NCBI RefSeq assembly: GCF_006345805.1
Contig: NC_043012.1
Span: 23,002,001 to 23,066,000, forward strand
Length of the DNA stretch: 64,000 bases
Direction of reading: 5' to 3'
Origin: Octopus sinensis
Lineage: Eukaryota
Positions 12,563-24,416 of the stretch are shown in pieces. Numbering within the stretch: position 1 is the stretch's first letter; every line of letters begins with the position of its first letter. The translations under genes were made by a program, and so were the position numbers. Under the pieces are notes generated by a model. The model did not search any database. It was not told the DNA's origin and saw only the letters and a list, made by a program, of their open reading frames with translations.

Positions 12563-12788
12563 CAGGTGATTCTCAAGCAGGGTCCTAATGACCCCTGTTG
12601 TCAAAGTTTACCTGCAGTCAATTAATTATACTCGTGCACAAAATATTGCAAGAATTTTTCTGTACAATTCCTAATGATGTAATAAAAGTATAAATGGGTC
12701 TTTTAAAACCTCAAATGGTTATGAGGGCACATCCAGGTAAAATATGAACCAAAAGTGATCAAGGAATAAAAACCGATTGAGAATCACT
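12563..12788. mobile_element. hAT (Charlie-like) MITE
   Basis: Ends CAGGTGATTCTCAAG / GATTGAGAATCACT. 8-bp flanks TGTTCAGA / TGTTCGGA (7 of 8). Related copies at 13.9 and 19.2 kb. Confidence 0.7.
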
Positions 12789-13236
12789 TGTTCGGATAAT
12801 AGTTTGAAAAAATTGGTTCAAGGAATCAGTTAACTATTGTTTGTGGGTAGGCATTTTGATATTTTTATAATTGGTGCAATCACTAATGAATTTGAAATTG
12901 ACAAATAATGGGTGAGTCATGAAGCATATCTCAACAGATATTAAGAATCAACTGCCTTCTGGGAAGAGCATTTGCTCTCATTACAAACAAACAAAGGATC
13001 TGATTTACGTTTGAAAATCCCAGAAGACAAAACAGAACACTGGAAAATCAAACTGCTTTCAATTTTGAAGGAAGTTTGATCTCCAACCATCAGTTGACAG
13101 GCAAACAGATAAGACTACATATTGATGAAGCTGATAGTAATTCATTTGTTACGGACATATCCTGGAAGAAGACATTTGGTGATGGCTGGAGTTCAAACCA
13201 ATATAAATACCGTATAAATCAATATTATCCTTTATC

Positions 13237-13573
13237 CTTAACTTGTTTCAGTCACTGGACTGTGGTCATACTGGGGCAGCCCCTTCATAGATTTTAGTCA
13301 AACAAACTGGGCCCAGTATTTCTTTTTTAAGTTTGGTACTTATTCAGTTGGTCTTTTTGCTGAACCATTAAGTTATAGGGATGTAAACAAACCAACAACA
13401 GTTATCAAGTGGTGGTAGGAACAAACACAAACACACATGTCAGGCTTCCACACAGTTTCCATTTCCAAGTTCATTTATTAGGTATTGGTTGATCTGGAGT
13501 TATACTAGAAGACAATTGCCCAAGGTGCTGTTCAGTGGGACTGAACCCGAAACTACTAAGCCATGTCTGCACC
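13237..13573 (-). mobile_element. SINE family B, old
   Basis: ACTTGTTTCAGTCA..CCCAAGGTGC..GTGGGACTGAACCC on the plus strand. Confidence 0.8.
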
Positions 13574-13889
13574 TATATTTATAGATTTCTCATTGTTGAA
13601 AATGAGCTTAATAGTCCAAAATATCAGAATAATATCAAGCATTCATGACAAAGGTTCATTACTTTCTTTTTTTTTTTTATTATCTATGACCCTTGACAGG
13701 GCCTCCAATAATGGCAGAAGGGGAAAGAGAGCAAAAAATGAAAAAAGGGCAAGAAAAAGAGGGGGAGAGAGGAAGGCATTTCTAAACAAAAGAACTGGCC
13801 TGAATGCTTGCAACAGAGAGGAATTTGCTAAAAACACTCAAGGACCAGGTAACAATGAATTAAGCCTCCCACCATAAGTGAAAAGCAGA

Positions 13890-14159
13890 ACCAGGAAGTG
13901 GGGGCATGTGGTCCCTAGGGATCCATATGATCCCTAGGGGGTTCGTGTAAGATTTTTTTTTATTAGAATTTATGTGCAATAAATGCTGATATGTTTGCAA
14001 TGAACAAAATATTTTAACAAGCTTTTTAATACAATTTCTAATATTTAATAATAAAAATTTAATGGGATTTTTTTTAGACATTGAATGGCTGTAGAGGGTC
14101 CACCTGAGAATAGTAGAAATCAAAGGGCTTCATAGATAAAATATGGTTGAGAACAACTG
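13890..14159. mobile_element. hAT-like MITE, same family as 12563 and 19185
   Basis: Internal similarity (CAAAATATTTTAAC..TTTTTAATACAATT..GAATGGCTG) and right end GGTTGAGAACAACTG; left end decayed. Confidence 0.6.
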
Positions 14160-14774
14160 ATTTAAAACAATGTAACAAGGAAAGAAAACAAGGCCAAACA
14201 AAAACAGATTACTGATTGCATTAGATAGACGTGTATGTGAAAGCAATGTTTATTATTCTGGCCATTTCAGTAAAGAACCGAGATTTCATTTAGTTTGTCT
14301 TTCTCTATAGTTGATTCTTCACACTATCCCTTAACAAACGATGAATCAAATGGCAAGGAAAAGCCGATACTCTTTTAAGCTTAACATCTTGTCGTGTTCC
14401 ATTGATCTTTTCTTACAAAACAGTAGAAGAGCTTGCTGGTCTTTTCCTGTTTCTTCACCCCCCCCCCCCATCTTTTTTTCTTTATTTCTTTGTCAAAGGA
14501 ATGAGTTTACTTCTCACGCACTGCTACATTGTCAATATATTTATACGAGTCTTTGGTAGATCGACTGTTCAAACTAATGTTACTATATATCTACACTGGT
14601 CTAAAAAGTTAATATAACAAACACATGACATATTATTTATCTGTTTGTCTCACATGGCCCTGTTTTATCCACAATGTAGAAATAATGTCTGTTTGAAGGA
14701 AAGTATGATGTCCGTTATTCTATTGAGGTCGACTCGAATATTTCCAGACTTTCTACATTAGAAAATTATACAAT

Positions 14775-15185
14775 AGGCGCAGGAGTGGCTGTGTGGTAAG
14801 TAGCTTGCTAACCAACCACATGGTTCCGGGTTCAGTCCCACTGCGTGGCATCTTGGGTAAGTGTCTTCTGCTATAGCCCCGGGCCGACCAATGCCTTGTG
14901 AGTGGATTTGGTAGACGGAAACTGAAAGAAGCCTGTCGTATATATGTATACATATATGCGTATGTGTGTTTGCGTGTCTGTGTTTGTTCCCTTAGCATTG
15001 CTTGACAACCGATGCTGGTGTGTTTACGTCCCCATCACTTAGTGGTTCGGCAAAAAGAGACCGATAGAATAAGTACTGGGCTTACAAAAAGAATAAGTCC
15101 CGGGGTCGAGTTGCTCGACTAAAGGCGGTGCTCCAGCATGGCCGCAGTCAAATGACTGAAACAAGTAAAAGAGTAAAGAGTAAAA
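14775..15185 (+). mobile_element. SINE family B, young full-length copy
   Basis: AGGCGCAGGAGTGGCTGTGTGGTAAG head, GGTTCAGTCCC B-box-like segment, internal microsatellite, (GAGTAAA) tail. Near-identical to 17326 and 35884. Confidence 0.93.
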
Positions 15186-15290
15186 ATGAAAGATTCCCGC
15201 AGAATAATCAAAAGTAGGTTTAAATGGCATTGGTAATTCCAAGGATTAAGGAGGAATCTATAGCATAGCTTAAACATTTTCTTTCCTTAT

Positions 15291-15410
15291 GCAGATATGG
15301 CTGTGCAGTTAAGAAGTTTGCTCCACAACCGTGTAGTTCCAGGTTCAATCTTACTGGGTGGCACCTGTGATAAGAGTCTTCTACTCCATTCTCATGTTGA
15401 CAGAAGCTTA
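15291..15410 (+). mobile_element. SINE family B head fragment
   Basis: GCAGATATGGCTGTGCAGTTAAGAAGTTTGC..GGTTCAATC. Confidence 0.65.
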
Positions 15411-15802
15411 AAAATAAAATATATATTTTGAAGATGGAAGCTTATGCACAGACCTTTCAGACTGTAATTTAGTTGCACGGTAAAGCTAATCCATTGCCCG
15501 GTTCAATTCCAAAGACCACCACTGCTATCCCTGACCTTTCAATGCCTTCAGTTGAGCCCCATCTCTTGCAAGTATCAGCACTAAATTTATGGTCTGAAGA
15601 TAATATAATTCAATATTTTGATGCATTTCTTTTGCTACAGTTCATGATTTGAAGATTTCTTGCTCTTCCCCAACCACTAATCTCAGTAACAGTGCAAAGG
15701 ACTGGAAAGCTCTGATTAAGCCATGAAAACAGAAATTTAAATATTAAAAAACAAACATTTTAAATATGTGTAGTATAGTATATAGCAAATCTGTCAGAGT
15801 AT

Positions 15803-15876
<74 letters not shown>

Positions 15877-16064
15877 GGGAGAATTCACAAAAAAACAAAA
15901 GACGAAGACATATGGTGTAGACAACAAACAGATGTATTAGTTTATCACTTGGGAAGTGAAAAAGTCTTTAATGTTTCGAGCCTATGCTCTCCCACAGAAA
16001 GGAACACAGAAAGAAACAAGGAGAGAAAATAAAAATGTATAGTGGCTAGTGATCTATCATGGCG
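15877..16064 (-). mobile_element. Penelope-like/unclassified ~190-bp insert with a decayed hammerhead-like motif, between (TA)n runs
   Basis: Sharp non-microsatellite block flanked by (TA)n. Minus strand contains CTTT-CTGTGGGA-GAGC-ATAG-GCTC-GAAAC-ATT-AAAG. The family assignment is inference. Confidence 0.5.
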
Positions 16065-16176
16065 ATATATATATATATATATATATATCTTTATGGTTAC
16101 ATATCTTAATAATATCATACTTTTGCAATAAATGAATCTCTATCAGTTTCGGCAATGAGTATTCATTTGTTTGATT

Positions 16177-16221
16177 AAAAGCAACTTACCTGCTCATTGA
16201 ATGAACAGGTAAGTTGCTTTT
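16177..16221. repeat. 45-bp near-perfect palindrome
   Basis: AAAAGCAACTTACCTGCTCATT-G-AATGAACAGGTAAGTTGCTTTT; 21 of 22 pairs. Confidence 0.95.
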
Positions 16222-16271
16222 CTCAGTCAAAAGCTGAGTCCTATAATGACTGAAGAGAAAATACCCAACAT

Positions 16272-16760
16272 TATCATCATCATCGTTTAACGTCCGCTTT
16301 CCATGCTTGAATGGGTTGGACGATTTGACTGAGGACTGGCGAGCCAGATGGCTGCACCAGGTGCCAATCTGATCTGGCAGAGTTTCTACAGCTGGATGCC
16401 CTTCTTAACTCTAACCACTCAAAGATTGTAGAGAGTGCTTTTTACGTGCCACCAGCACGAGGGCCAGTCAGGCGGTACTGGCAATGGCCACGCTTGAATA
16501 GTGTTTTCTACGTGCCACCTGCACAGGAGCCAGTCCAGCAGCACTGGCAATGACCTCACTTAAATGTTGTTTTTCGTGTGTCACTGGCACATGTGCCGGT
16601 AAGGCAATGCTGGTAACAATCACGCTTGAATGGTGCTTTTTACATGCCACCAGCATGGAAGCCAGTCACTAGCCCTGGCAACAATCACGCTCGGATGGTG
16701 CTCTTAACATTCCACTAGCACGGATGCCAGTCAGGCAGAGCCATCATCGGCCGCATCAAT
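16272..16760 (-). mobile_element. RTE LINE 3' end with about five diverged ~63-bp modules
   Basis: (CAT)n tail, TTCTACAGCTGGATGCCCTTC, repeated GGTGCTTTTTACGTGCCACC..GCCAG-loop-CTGGC units. Confidence 0.88.
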
Positions 16761-17325
16761 GAATTTGATTGTTTATTCAAATGTTCATAGTGTACATACT
16801 TATGGTCAGATTATAGTGAAAACTGGGATTATTGCAAATGCAAATGGTCATTTGTACTTAATGTTGTGCATATATGATTATTAATTACTAAATGATTACT
16901 AAAAAATAGACATATTCAAAAGAGATGGCATAAAGGCATTAGTAATATCTTTAATACCATTAATAACAGACATGGACATACAAACCTCAGAAAATAAAAT
17001 GTCTTTCCCTGATATTTTTATGACCATTTCATTACAGATAAAAGGAATTACTTCCATCAGAAACAATGTTCCCAAGTTCACTTGAAAATTTCAATATAAT
17101 AAGACTCCAAAAATGAATAACAAAACTTCAGTAACAAGTGGATTGATTTTAATAGCGAACATTACAGAATATGATTAAATGGTAGCAGAAGGGATTAAAG
17201 TTTTCTCTTTTAGATAAAAGAGTTTATGAATTCCTTTAAACGAAATATAGATTTGGGTGGTTTCAAGTGGTATAGAACCCATAGAAACCCAAAGCACTTA
17301 AAAGATTTTGATGTCACATATATAT

Positions 17326-17489
17326 GTGCAGGAGTGGCTGTGTGGTAAGTAGCTTGCTAACCAACCACATGATTCTGGGTTCAGTCCCACTGTGTGGCAT
17401 CTTGGGCAACTGTCCTCTGCTATAGCCTCAGGCCAACCAATGCCTTGTGAGTGGATTTGGTAGACGGAAACTGAAAGAAGCCTGTCGTA

Positions 17490-17553
<64 letters not shown>

Positions 17554-17773
17554 ATGTGTGTGTTTGTGTGTCTGTGTTTGTCCCCCTAGCATTGCTTGAC
17601 AACCGATGCTGGTGTGTTTACGTCCCTGTTACTTAGCGGTTCGGCAATAGAGACCGATAGAATAAGTACTGGGCTTACATAGAATAAGTCCCGGGGTCGA
17701 TTTGCTCGACTAAAGGCGGTGCTCCAGCATGGCTGAAGTCAAATGACTGAAAGAAGTAAAAGAGTAAAAGAAT
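17326..17773 (+). mobile_element. SINE family B, young full-length copy
   Basis: Near-identical to 14775-15185 with a longer internal (TA)n. Confidence 0.93.
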
Positions 17774-18379
17774 ATGTAATTCAAAATATAAACAATTATA
17801 AACCACAAAATAAATTTTTTGAAATGAAACAAAACTAACAGTATGATGGAAAATAATGCTTTTTTTTTTTTGATTGTAAAATCTTTGATCAGATCCTCTA
17901 AATTAATCTGACATATGCTTAGTAGAGATAAGGAACTCAGAATATTATTTTGGCAAGTGCAAGTGATTTCTTTTGTGTTGTAAACCATTTACCATTTCTC
18001 TGGTGCCCCCCACCACACCACTTCACTTGATGCTCTAAGTACATGTTTATTTTGCTTCATGGTTAATCCAGGCTGACAGACACATATCCTAGAGGGTGCA
18101 TTCATGCTGTAGAGCATGTTAAGAGTTAATGTAATCCACAGTGTTAATCAGCATGACATAACGCCTGATATGGCCAATTGTTAAACACACAGGTATAAGT
18201 TACAGGTATAATTCATTTAACAGTCCTCCACATAGTTTCTGCCTATTCATTATCACACACAAAGACTGAGTTAATTTCAGGGTATGGCAAGAGACTCTTA
18301 TCCAAGGTGCCATGCAATAGGAAGTGAAATCACAGGCAGACTAGCAGAGAAAGGTAAGCATTTTATGTGACAGATTTGC

Positions 18380-18760
18380 TAGAGAAGAGTTGTATAGCAC
18401 AAGCACACTGGGAAGAGATTCTCTTGTCAATTACTTGTCCTGGCTCACTAGAAATAATGGATAGCTTGTGTTACCTAGGAACTGTAATTAGCAAAAGAGG
18501 AGGTTACTCTGAAAGTACAGTAGCTAGGGTACGAATGGATTGCAAACAGTTCAAGGAGCTTCTACCACGGCTGGTAACAAAGGTTTCATCTGTAAGAATG
18601 CCAAGCAGATTGTGTGACACTTGTGTCAGAACTATGATGCTGCATGGTAGTGAGGCATCGACCTTGAATACAAAGGACTTGTGGAGTCTTAAAAGAAATG
18701 AAGTGAGCATGCTCCATTGATAGTGCAATGTAAGTGTGAATAAATGATGCAGTAAATGGC
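18380..18760 (+). pseudogene. RTE LINE ORF2 remnant (post-RT region)
   Basis: SLEIMDSLCYLGTVISKRGGYSESTVARVR...FKELLPRL..LCDTCVRTMMLHGSE; homologous to the 22635 copy. Confidence 0.85.
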
Positions 18761-18799
18761 AAATTTACATCATACTTAAAGCAACTGAAGCAGTCTTTA

Positions 18800-19080
18800 T
18801 CATCATCATCATCACCATCATTGTTTAATGTCCGTTCTCCATACTAGCATTGGTTGGACGGTTCGACTGAGATCTGGGAAGCCAGAAGGCTGCACCAGGC
18901 TCCAGTCTGATCTGGCAGTGTTTCTACAGCTGGATACCTTTCCTAATGCCAACCACTTCGTGAGTGTAGTGGGTGCCACATTCGGATGGTGCTTTTTACA
19001 TGCCACCAGCACTGGGATCACAACTACAATTGTCACTGATTTTTGATGTTGGTGTAATTGATTCAATAGGTCTCCTCAAT
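18800..19080 (-). mobile_element. RTE LINE 3' end (family C)
   Basis: (CAT)n, TTTCTACAGCTGGATACCTTTCCTAATGCCAACC, one module and upstream UTR. Confidence 0.88.
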
Positions 19081-19184
19081 TGTTCCAAATGTCACTTTCT
19101 TTTTATGTCTTTTTAAAATCTTTTTCCTGTTTTCAATCATTGAACTGCATTCATGCTAGATCACTAACTTAAAGGATTTAATTC

Positions 19185-19424
19185 GGTGATTCTCAAACAG
19201 GATGCATATGGCTCCAGGGGTGGGGGGCCCTTGGGGGTCCTTATAAGATTTTGTTAAAATTTATCTGCAGTAAATTTGTTATACTTTTACAGTTCACAAA
19301 ATATTTTAACCATTTTTTAATACAATTCCTCATGTTTTAAACAGCGAATGGCTGCGATGGACCATGTGAGTAAAATGAGAACAAAAGGGGTCGCCACAGG
19401 TAAAACACGGTTGAGAAACACTGC
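19185..19424. mobile_element. hAT (Charlie-like) MITE
   Basis: CGGTGATTCTCAAAC ... GGTTGAGAAACACTG terminal inverted repeats; no clear TSD. Confidence 0.7.
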
Positions 19425-19551
19425 TCTAGTTGATCAAATTACCCCCAGTACAGGTACGTTTTCTAATGAACACCCCACTACACTATGATGACTAGCGATG
19501 CCTTTGGATATGAAAGTAGTTTTACACATTCAAATAACCATTTCCATCACT

Positions 19552-20167
19552 TTAACCATTTTGTCCCCATATTTCTGTTGAAATACACTGCCTCTGTTTC
19601 AATTCATTTTGAAAATAAGGAAGAATTTAGTAAAATACTTTGATGAAACACTTTAATTCGCAACACTTCAAAATGGAAACTTTGCATCACAGAAATAGGT
19701 GTGGCTTCAGGTGGGATGGTACCAAAAGTGTAAGAATAATATATATCATCTTATAAGGAACATGTTGTCCATATGTATTTTGTTCCACTTAACCATTTTG
19801 TTTTTTTATATTTCTATTGAAATACTTTGTTTTTCTTCCAAATAATTTTGAAAATAATAAAGAAATTAGTAAAATAATTTTGTCATTATTAAGTGAGTGT
19901 TTAGAACATAAATTAACATGAAACTTTGAGAGAAAGTTTTAATTCCGATCATGTTACCACATTTCTGTTGAAATACACTGTCGGTGCTTCAATTAATTTA
20001 GAAAATGATAAACAATTTAGTGAAGCAACTCTGTCATTATTAAGCTGGTGTCCTGCACATAAATTAACATTTTGATGCAGAGTTTTTAATTCACATCACT
20101 TTAAATTAGGAAGTTTGTCTCATAAAACCAAAGACAGTCTTGAGCAGGTTGGCATCAAAAGGGTTAA
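19552..20167. mobile_element. Cluster of three partial piggyBac-like (TTAA) MITE copies
   Basis: ATTTCTGTTGAAATACACT..TAATTTTGAAAAT..AATTTAGTAAA block repeated at about 19570, 19810 and 19960. Starts TTAA-CCATTTTG (19552, 19789); end ATCAAAAGGG-TTAA (20167). Confidence 0.65.
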
Positions 20168-20619
20168 GCTAAAATGCCTTAGAAGAGTATTTGTCAAGAA
20201 TAAAAAGAAAACGGTGGAGCCGGTGAAATAAAACAAGAGAAATGAGGGAGGGGAAAGAGCAAGTTGTCACCAAAGTGAAAGCATCGAGATTAAGAATGTT
20301 CTGGAAATGTTATCTATTTTAGCAATGTTAACTGTACAATATAGCTTAGGCTGTCCTTTGAGCGTCTACTCATAGAAGAAACATCTGTGTCTGTATGTTG
20401 ATAACATGATTATTTACAAAAGAGCCACAGCTGTTCCAAGCAGGCCAAGTCCTTCCTATTGAGTTGTTAATCACGTAAATGGCTAGAAATTGGGGATTTG
20501 ATCTTATTACAAAATGGCTGGCATATAGGAAATAATTTGTTCTTTAATTTCAAACAATCTGTATGTTTTTACAACAGGCTGTGAATGAGAAGGAAGCACA
20601 CAGACAAGGGCATATACAT

Positions 20620-21345
20620 ATAAACAGGCATATATTTATATATATATATATATAGGGAGAGAGAGAGACAGACGCACACACATATATATATATGTAAATG
20701 AATATATATATATATGTAGATATATGCAAATAAACACACACAAACACTCACACGCATACACACATATATATGAGTGTGTGTGTGTATATATAATCACACA
20801 CATACTACATATACAATGTGAGTGTAGTTGTTTAGACAGAGATAACAATTGCAGCAGTAGAAGGCTGTGACCAATTAAGTTTTAAAGAAGCGGGAGATCA
20901 GCGGAGAATACACAAATTCCGGAAAAGGGAAAGAAGTGTACGTAAGGATTGATTAAAAGAGACATGTAGGATTGTAAAAGCAGAGCACGTGTTTTTAAAG
21001 AATATGCATTTATAAGTGTACGTATATATTGTGTGTATGCATGTGTGTGAGTGAGTGTGTGTGTGTGTGTGTGTGTTCATCATAATATACATGTAAAGAG
21101 GAAAGGGCCGACATAAGCATATATACGTATGTGTGTATATACGCACATAGATGTGTGTGTATGTGTGTATATATTTATAAATATATGCAAGTATATAAAT
21201 ATATGTATATACATATATATTTACATGCATGCACGCACACACATGTGTATAAATATATATGTGTGTGTGTGTGGTGTGTGTGCATGCATATATTTGTGTG
21301 TGTGTATTTATGAGGTGATGTTTGGCAATATGTGTGAATATGTGT
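20620..21345. repeat. (TA)/(CA)/(TG) microsatellite-rich tract
   Basis: Direct reading. Confidence 0.9.
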
Positions 21346-21800
21346 ACAGTAAAAATGATTAAATGACAAATCAAATGTATATGTCAGGTTGTCTTAGAGG
21401 GATCATCTTAAGCAAATTTGGTAAAAAGTTCCAACAGATACTGTCTTTAATTACCAACTGGTGAAGGGGAGAAGGTATCAAATAGCTGTTGAAGAAGAAA
21501 CTTGACCATCTTTATCAAAGATTTACAGGTCAATAATTCTTTTGTTGAAATCTTAAGAAGCAGTTTGTAAGCAGTAAGCCCCTGCCATTCTCTATCATTC
21601 TCTCATACTACTAATATCTCGAATTGTTTTTATTAGACTCTCATGTACTGGAATTTACCATTCAGAGAGGAATATCTGACATTCAAAACACCATTATCGA
21701 AATCTACTTAATTTAGAAATGGTAATGTCTTTCAAAAGAAACAGAAAGAGCAAAATAGTGGGATGGAGAGGAAAAAAAAAAAAAAAAAAGAAACCAACCA

Positions 21801-21910
21801 TGCTGCTGCTGCTGCTGCTACTACTACTACTGCTACTACTACTGCTACTACTACTGCTACTACTACTACTACTACTACTACTAATAATAATAATAATAAT
21901 AATAATGATA
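21801..21910. repeat. Compound (GCT)(ACT)(AAT) trinucleotide repeat
   Basis: Direct reading; graded transition CTG to CTA to TAA. Confidence 0.9.
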
Positions 21911-22187
21911 ATAAATTATAATAATGTATTTATCAATAAATTGGAATATTATTATTATTATTTACTGATTGTGTTTGTGTTTGTTTTTCTAACTCAAGTT
22001 GTTGCTTTAAGGCCAGTTTTAGATGGAATTGAAGTAAAAAAAAATAAATATCCAAAGTCTTTTACTTCTAAAAAAAATAAAGGAAATAAATTCCTTCCAC
22101 AGTAAAAATAAAATTAGTTTAAAGTGAAAATTTAAACCACAGACATCAATATTATCATAGTCGTCGTCGTCATCATCATCATCATGA

Positions 22188-22410
22188 AGGAAGTGAGATG
22201 GCAGAATCATTACTAATGCAGGCAAAATGCTTAGCGGCATTTTGGCATTTTGTCCATCTTTATGTTCTGAGTTCAAATTCCTCAGAGATTGACTTTGCCT
22301 TTCATCCTTTCGGGAGTCAATAAACTAAATACCAGCCAATCATTGGGGTCGATGGAATCGACTTACCTGCTCACCTGAAATTTCTGGCCTTGTGCCAAAA
22401 TTTTAAACCA
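22188..22410 (+). mobile_element. SINE family A (A2)
   Basis: GTGAGATGGCAGAATC head, GAGTTCAAATTCC, CTGGCCTTGTGCCAAAA tail. Confidence 0.82.
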
Positions 22411-22634
22411 GTTGCATTATTATTATTAATATTATTATTATTATTATTATTATTATCATTATTATTATTATTATTATAACAACCACTAACATGGATCCAA
22501 AACCAAGTGGTTGCAAAATGAACTTCCAAACCACACAGCTATGTCTGCACCAACTATATATCATCATCATCATCATCATTTAATGTCTGTTGTCCATGCT
22601 GATATTGGTTGGATGGGTTGACCAGGGCTGGCAA

Positions 22635-23657
22635 GTTGAAAGTAATGGAGGTGAATGCTCAGAGAGTGTCACCACTAGAATACGAATAGCCTGGGCAACG
22701 TTTAGAAAGCTCCTACCCCTACTGGTGACAAAGGGTCTCTTGCTCAGAGTGAAAGGCAAATTGTACGATGCATGTGTGCAAACTGCCATGCTTCACGGTA
22801 GTGAAACATGGGCTGTGACTACAGAGGACATGTGTAGACTTGAAAGAAATTAAGCTAGCATGATCCGCTGGATGTGTAATGTCAGTGTGCACACACGACA
22901 GAGTGTAAGCACTCTGAGATAAATGCTGGACATAAGAAGCATCGGATGTGGTGTGCAAGAGAGATGTTTGCACTGGTATGGTCATGTACTGAAAATGGAT
23001 GAGGAGAGATGTGTGAAGAAGTGCCACTCCCAAACAGTTGAAGGTATCCGGGGGAGAGGTAGACCCAAGCAGACATGGGATGAGGTAGTCAAGCATGACA
23101 AAAGACTGAGATCTCTGGTGATATGCTGTGACTGCAAAGACCCGACAAATGATCTGAGTTCATGGCTGCTTCCTGCACCAGTTTCACATAGCCACGGCCG
23201 ATCCAAAGTACCTTGGATTGCAGAATGACCTGTTGTGCTTACCTTGGATCATAGGGTGACCTGCTGTGCTTGAGGAGACCTATTGAGTCAAGTACATCAA
23301 CATCAAAATAAATATCAAATGGAAATTGTAGTTGTGATACCTGTGCCGGTGGCACGTAAAAAGCACCATCCGAATGTGGCGGATGCCAGCGCCGCTTTAA
23401 CTGGCTTCTGTGCCGGTGGCACGTAAAAAGCACCAGCCGATCATGGTCGCTGCCAGCCTCCCCTTGCACCTGTGCCAGTGGCACGTAAAAAGCACCCACT
23501 ACACTCATGGAGTGGTTGGTGTTAGGAAGGGAATCCAGCAGTAGAAACACTGCCAGATCAGACTGGAGCCTGGTGCAGCCTCCTGGCTTCCCAGACCCTG
23601 GTCGAACCGTCCAACCCATGCTAGCACGGAAAATGGATGTTAAATGATGATGATGAT
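22635..23657 (+). pseudogene. 5'-truncated RTE LINE: ORF2 C-terminus plus complete 3'UTR with three modules
   Basis: GGECSESVTTRIRIAWATFRKLLPLL..KLYDACVQTAMLHGSETW..WYGHV..VEGIRGRGRPKQTWDEVVKHD in one frame with two TAA stops (22851, 22920). Ends TAAATGATGATGATGAT. Abuts an opposite-strand RTE-type tail stub at 22560-22634. Confidence 0.92.
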
Positions 23658-24190
23658 ATATCTAAATTGAGGGAGTGAAGCAGGGAAAATTCAGGCTACA
23701 TATGTTTCCTAGCTAGCAGATCCTCTGAGGTAATAATTACTCAACGAGGGGTACTCAACTAGTTTTGGTGGCCCAGGGCTACAGTAGAAGACACTTGCCC
23801 AAGATGTGAAGGCCACATAGCTAGGAAACAAACATACATATATTAGTACACCTGAGCACTGTATACAACAAGTTCATTATATATATATATATATATACAC
23901 ATATACATATATATAATTATTATTTGAGGGAATAAAATCCAAACTTACAAAGAAAAAAATTCAATTTAGAAATACTAAATCAAATTTCACACAATATAAT
24001 ATATATATGAAAAATTAGAAAAAAACCCCACCTTTTATCAATTCAAAATGAACAATTAAATTACACCATCTAGAAAATTACATATAATAGAAAAATTAAA
24101 ATTAAGATAACAATAAAATGTCAAAGATTAAGTAAATTGCAAATAATAATAATAATAATAATAATAACAAAGTATATAATAGGTAGATAG

Positions 24191-24389
24191 TGTTTAGCCC
24201 CTTGTGGGTAGTAAAGAAATAGGTATTTCATCTGCCTTTATGATCTGAGTTCAAATTGCGCCGAGATCAACTTTGCCTTTCTTCCTTTTGGGATCAATAA
24301 ATTAAGTACCAGTTGCATACTGGGGTCGATCTAATTGACTGACCCCCTCCTCAAAACTTTTGGGCCTTGCACTTAGAGTAGAAAAGAAT
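24191..24389 (+). mobile_element. Chimeric SINE A: A1 tail fragment joined to A2 body
   Basis: ..GTAAAGAAATA-GGTATTTCATCTG.. junction identical to those in the 30.6-31.2 kb trimer. Confidence 0.8.
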
Positions 24390-24416
24390 GTTCATGCCTT
24401 TTCAATCCTGTTAAAC

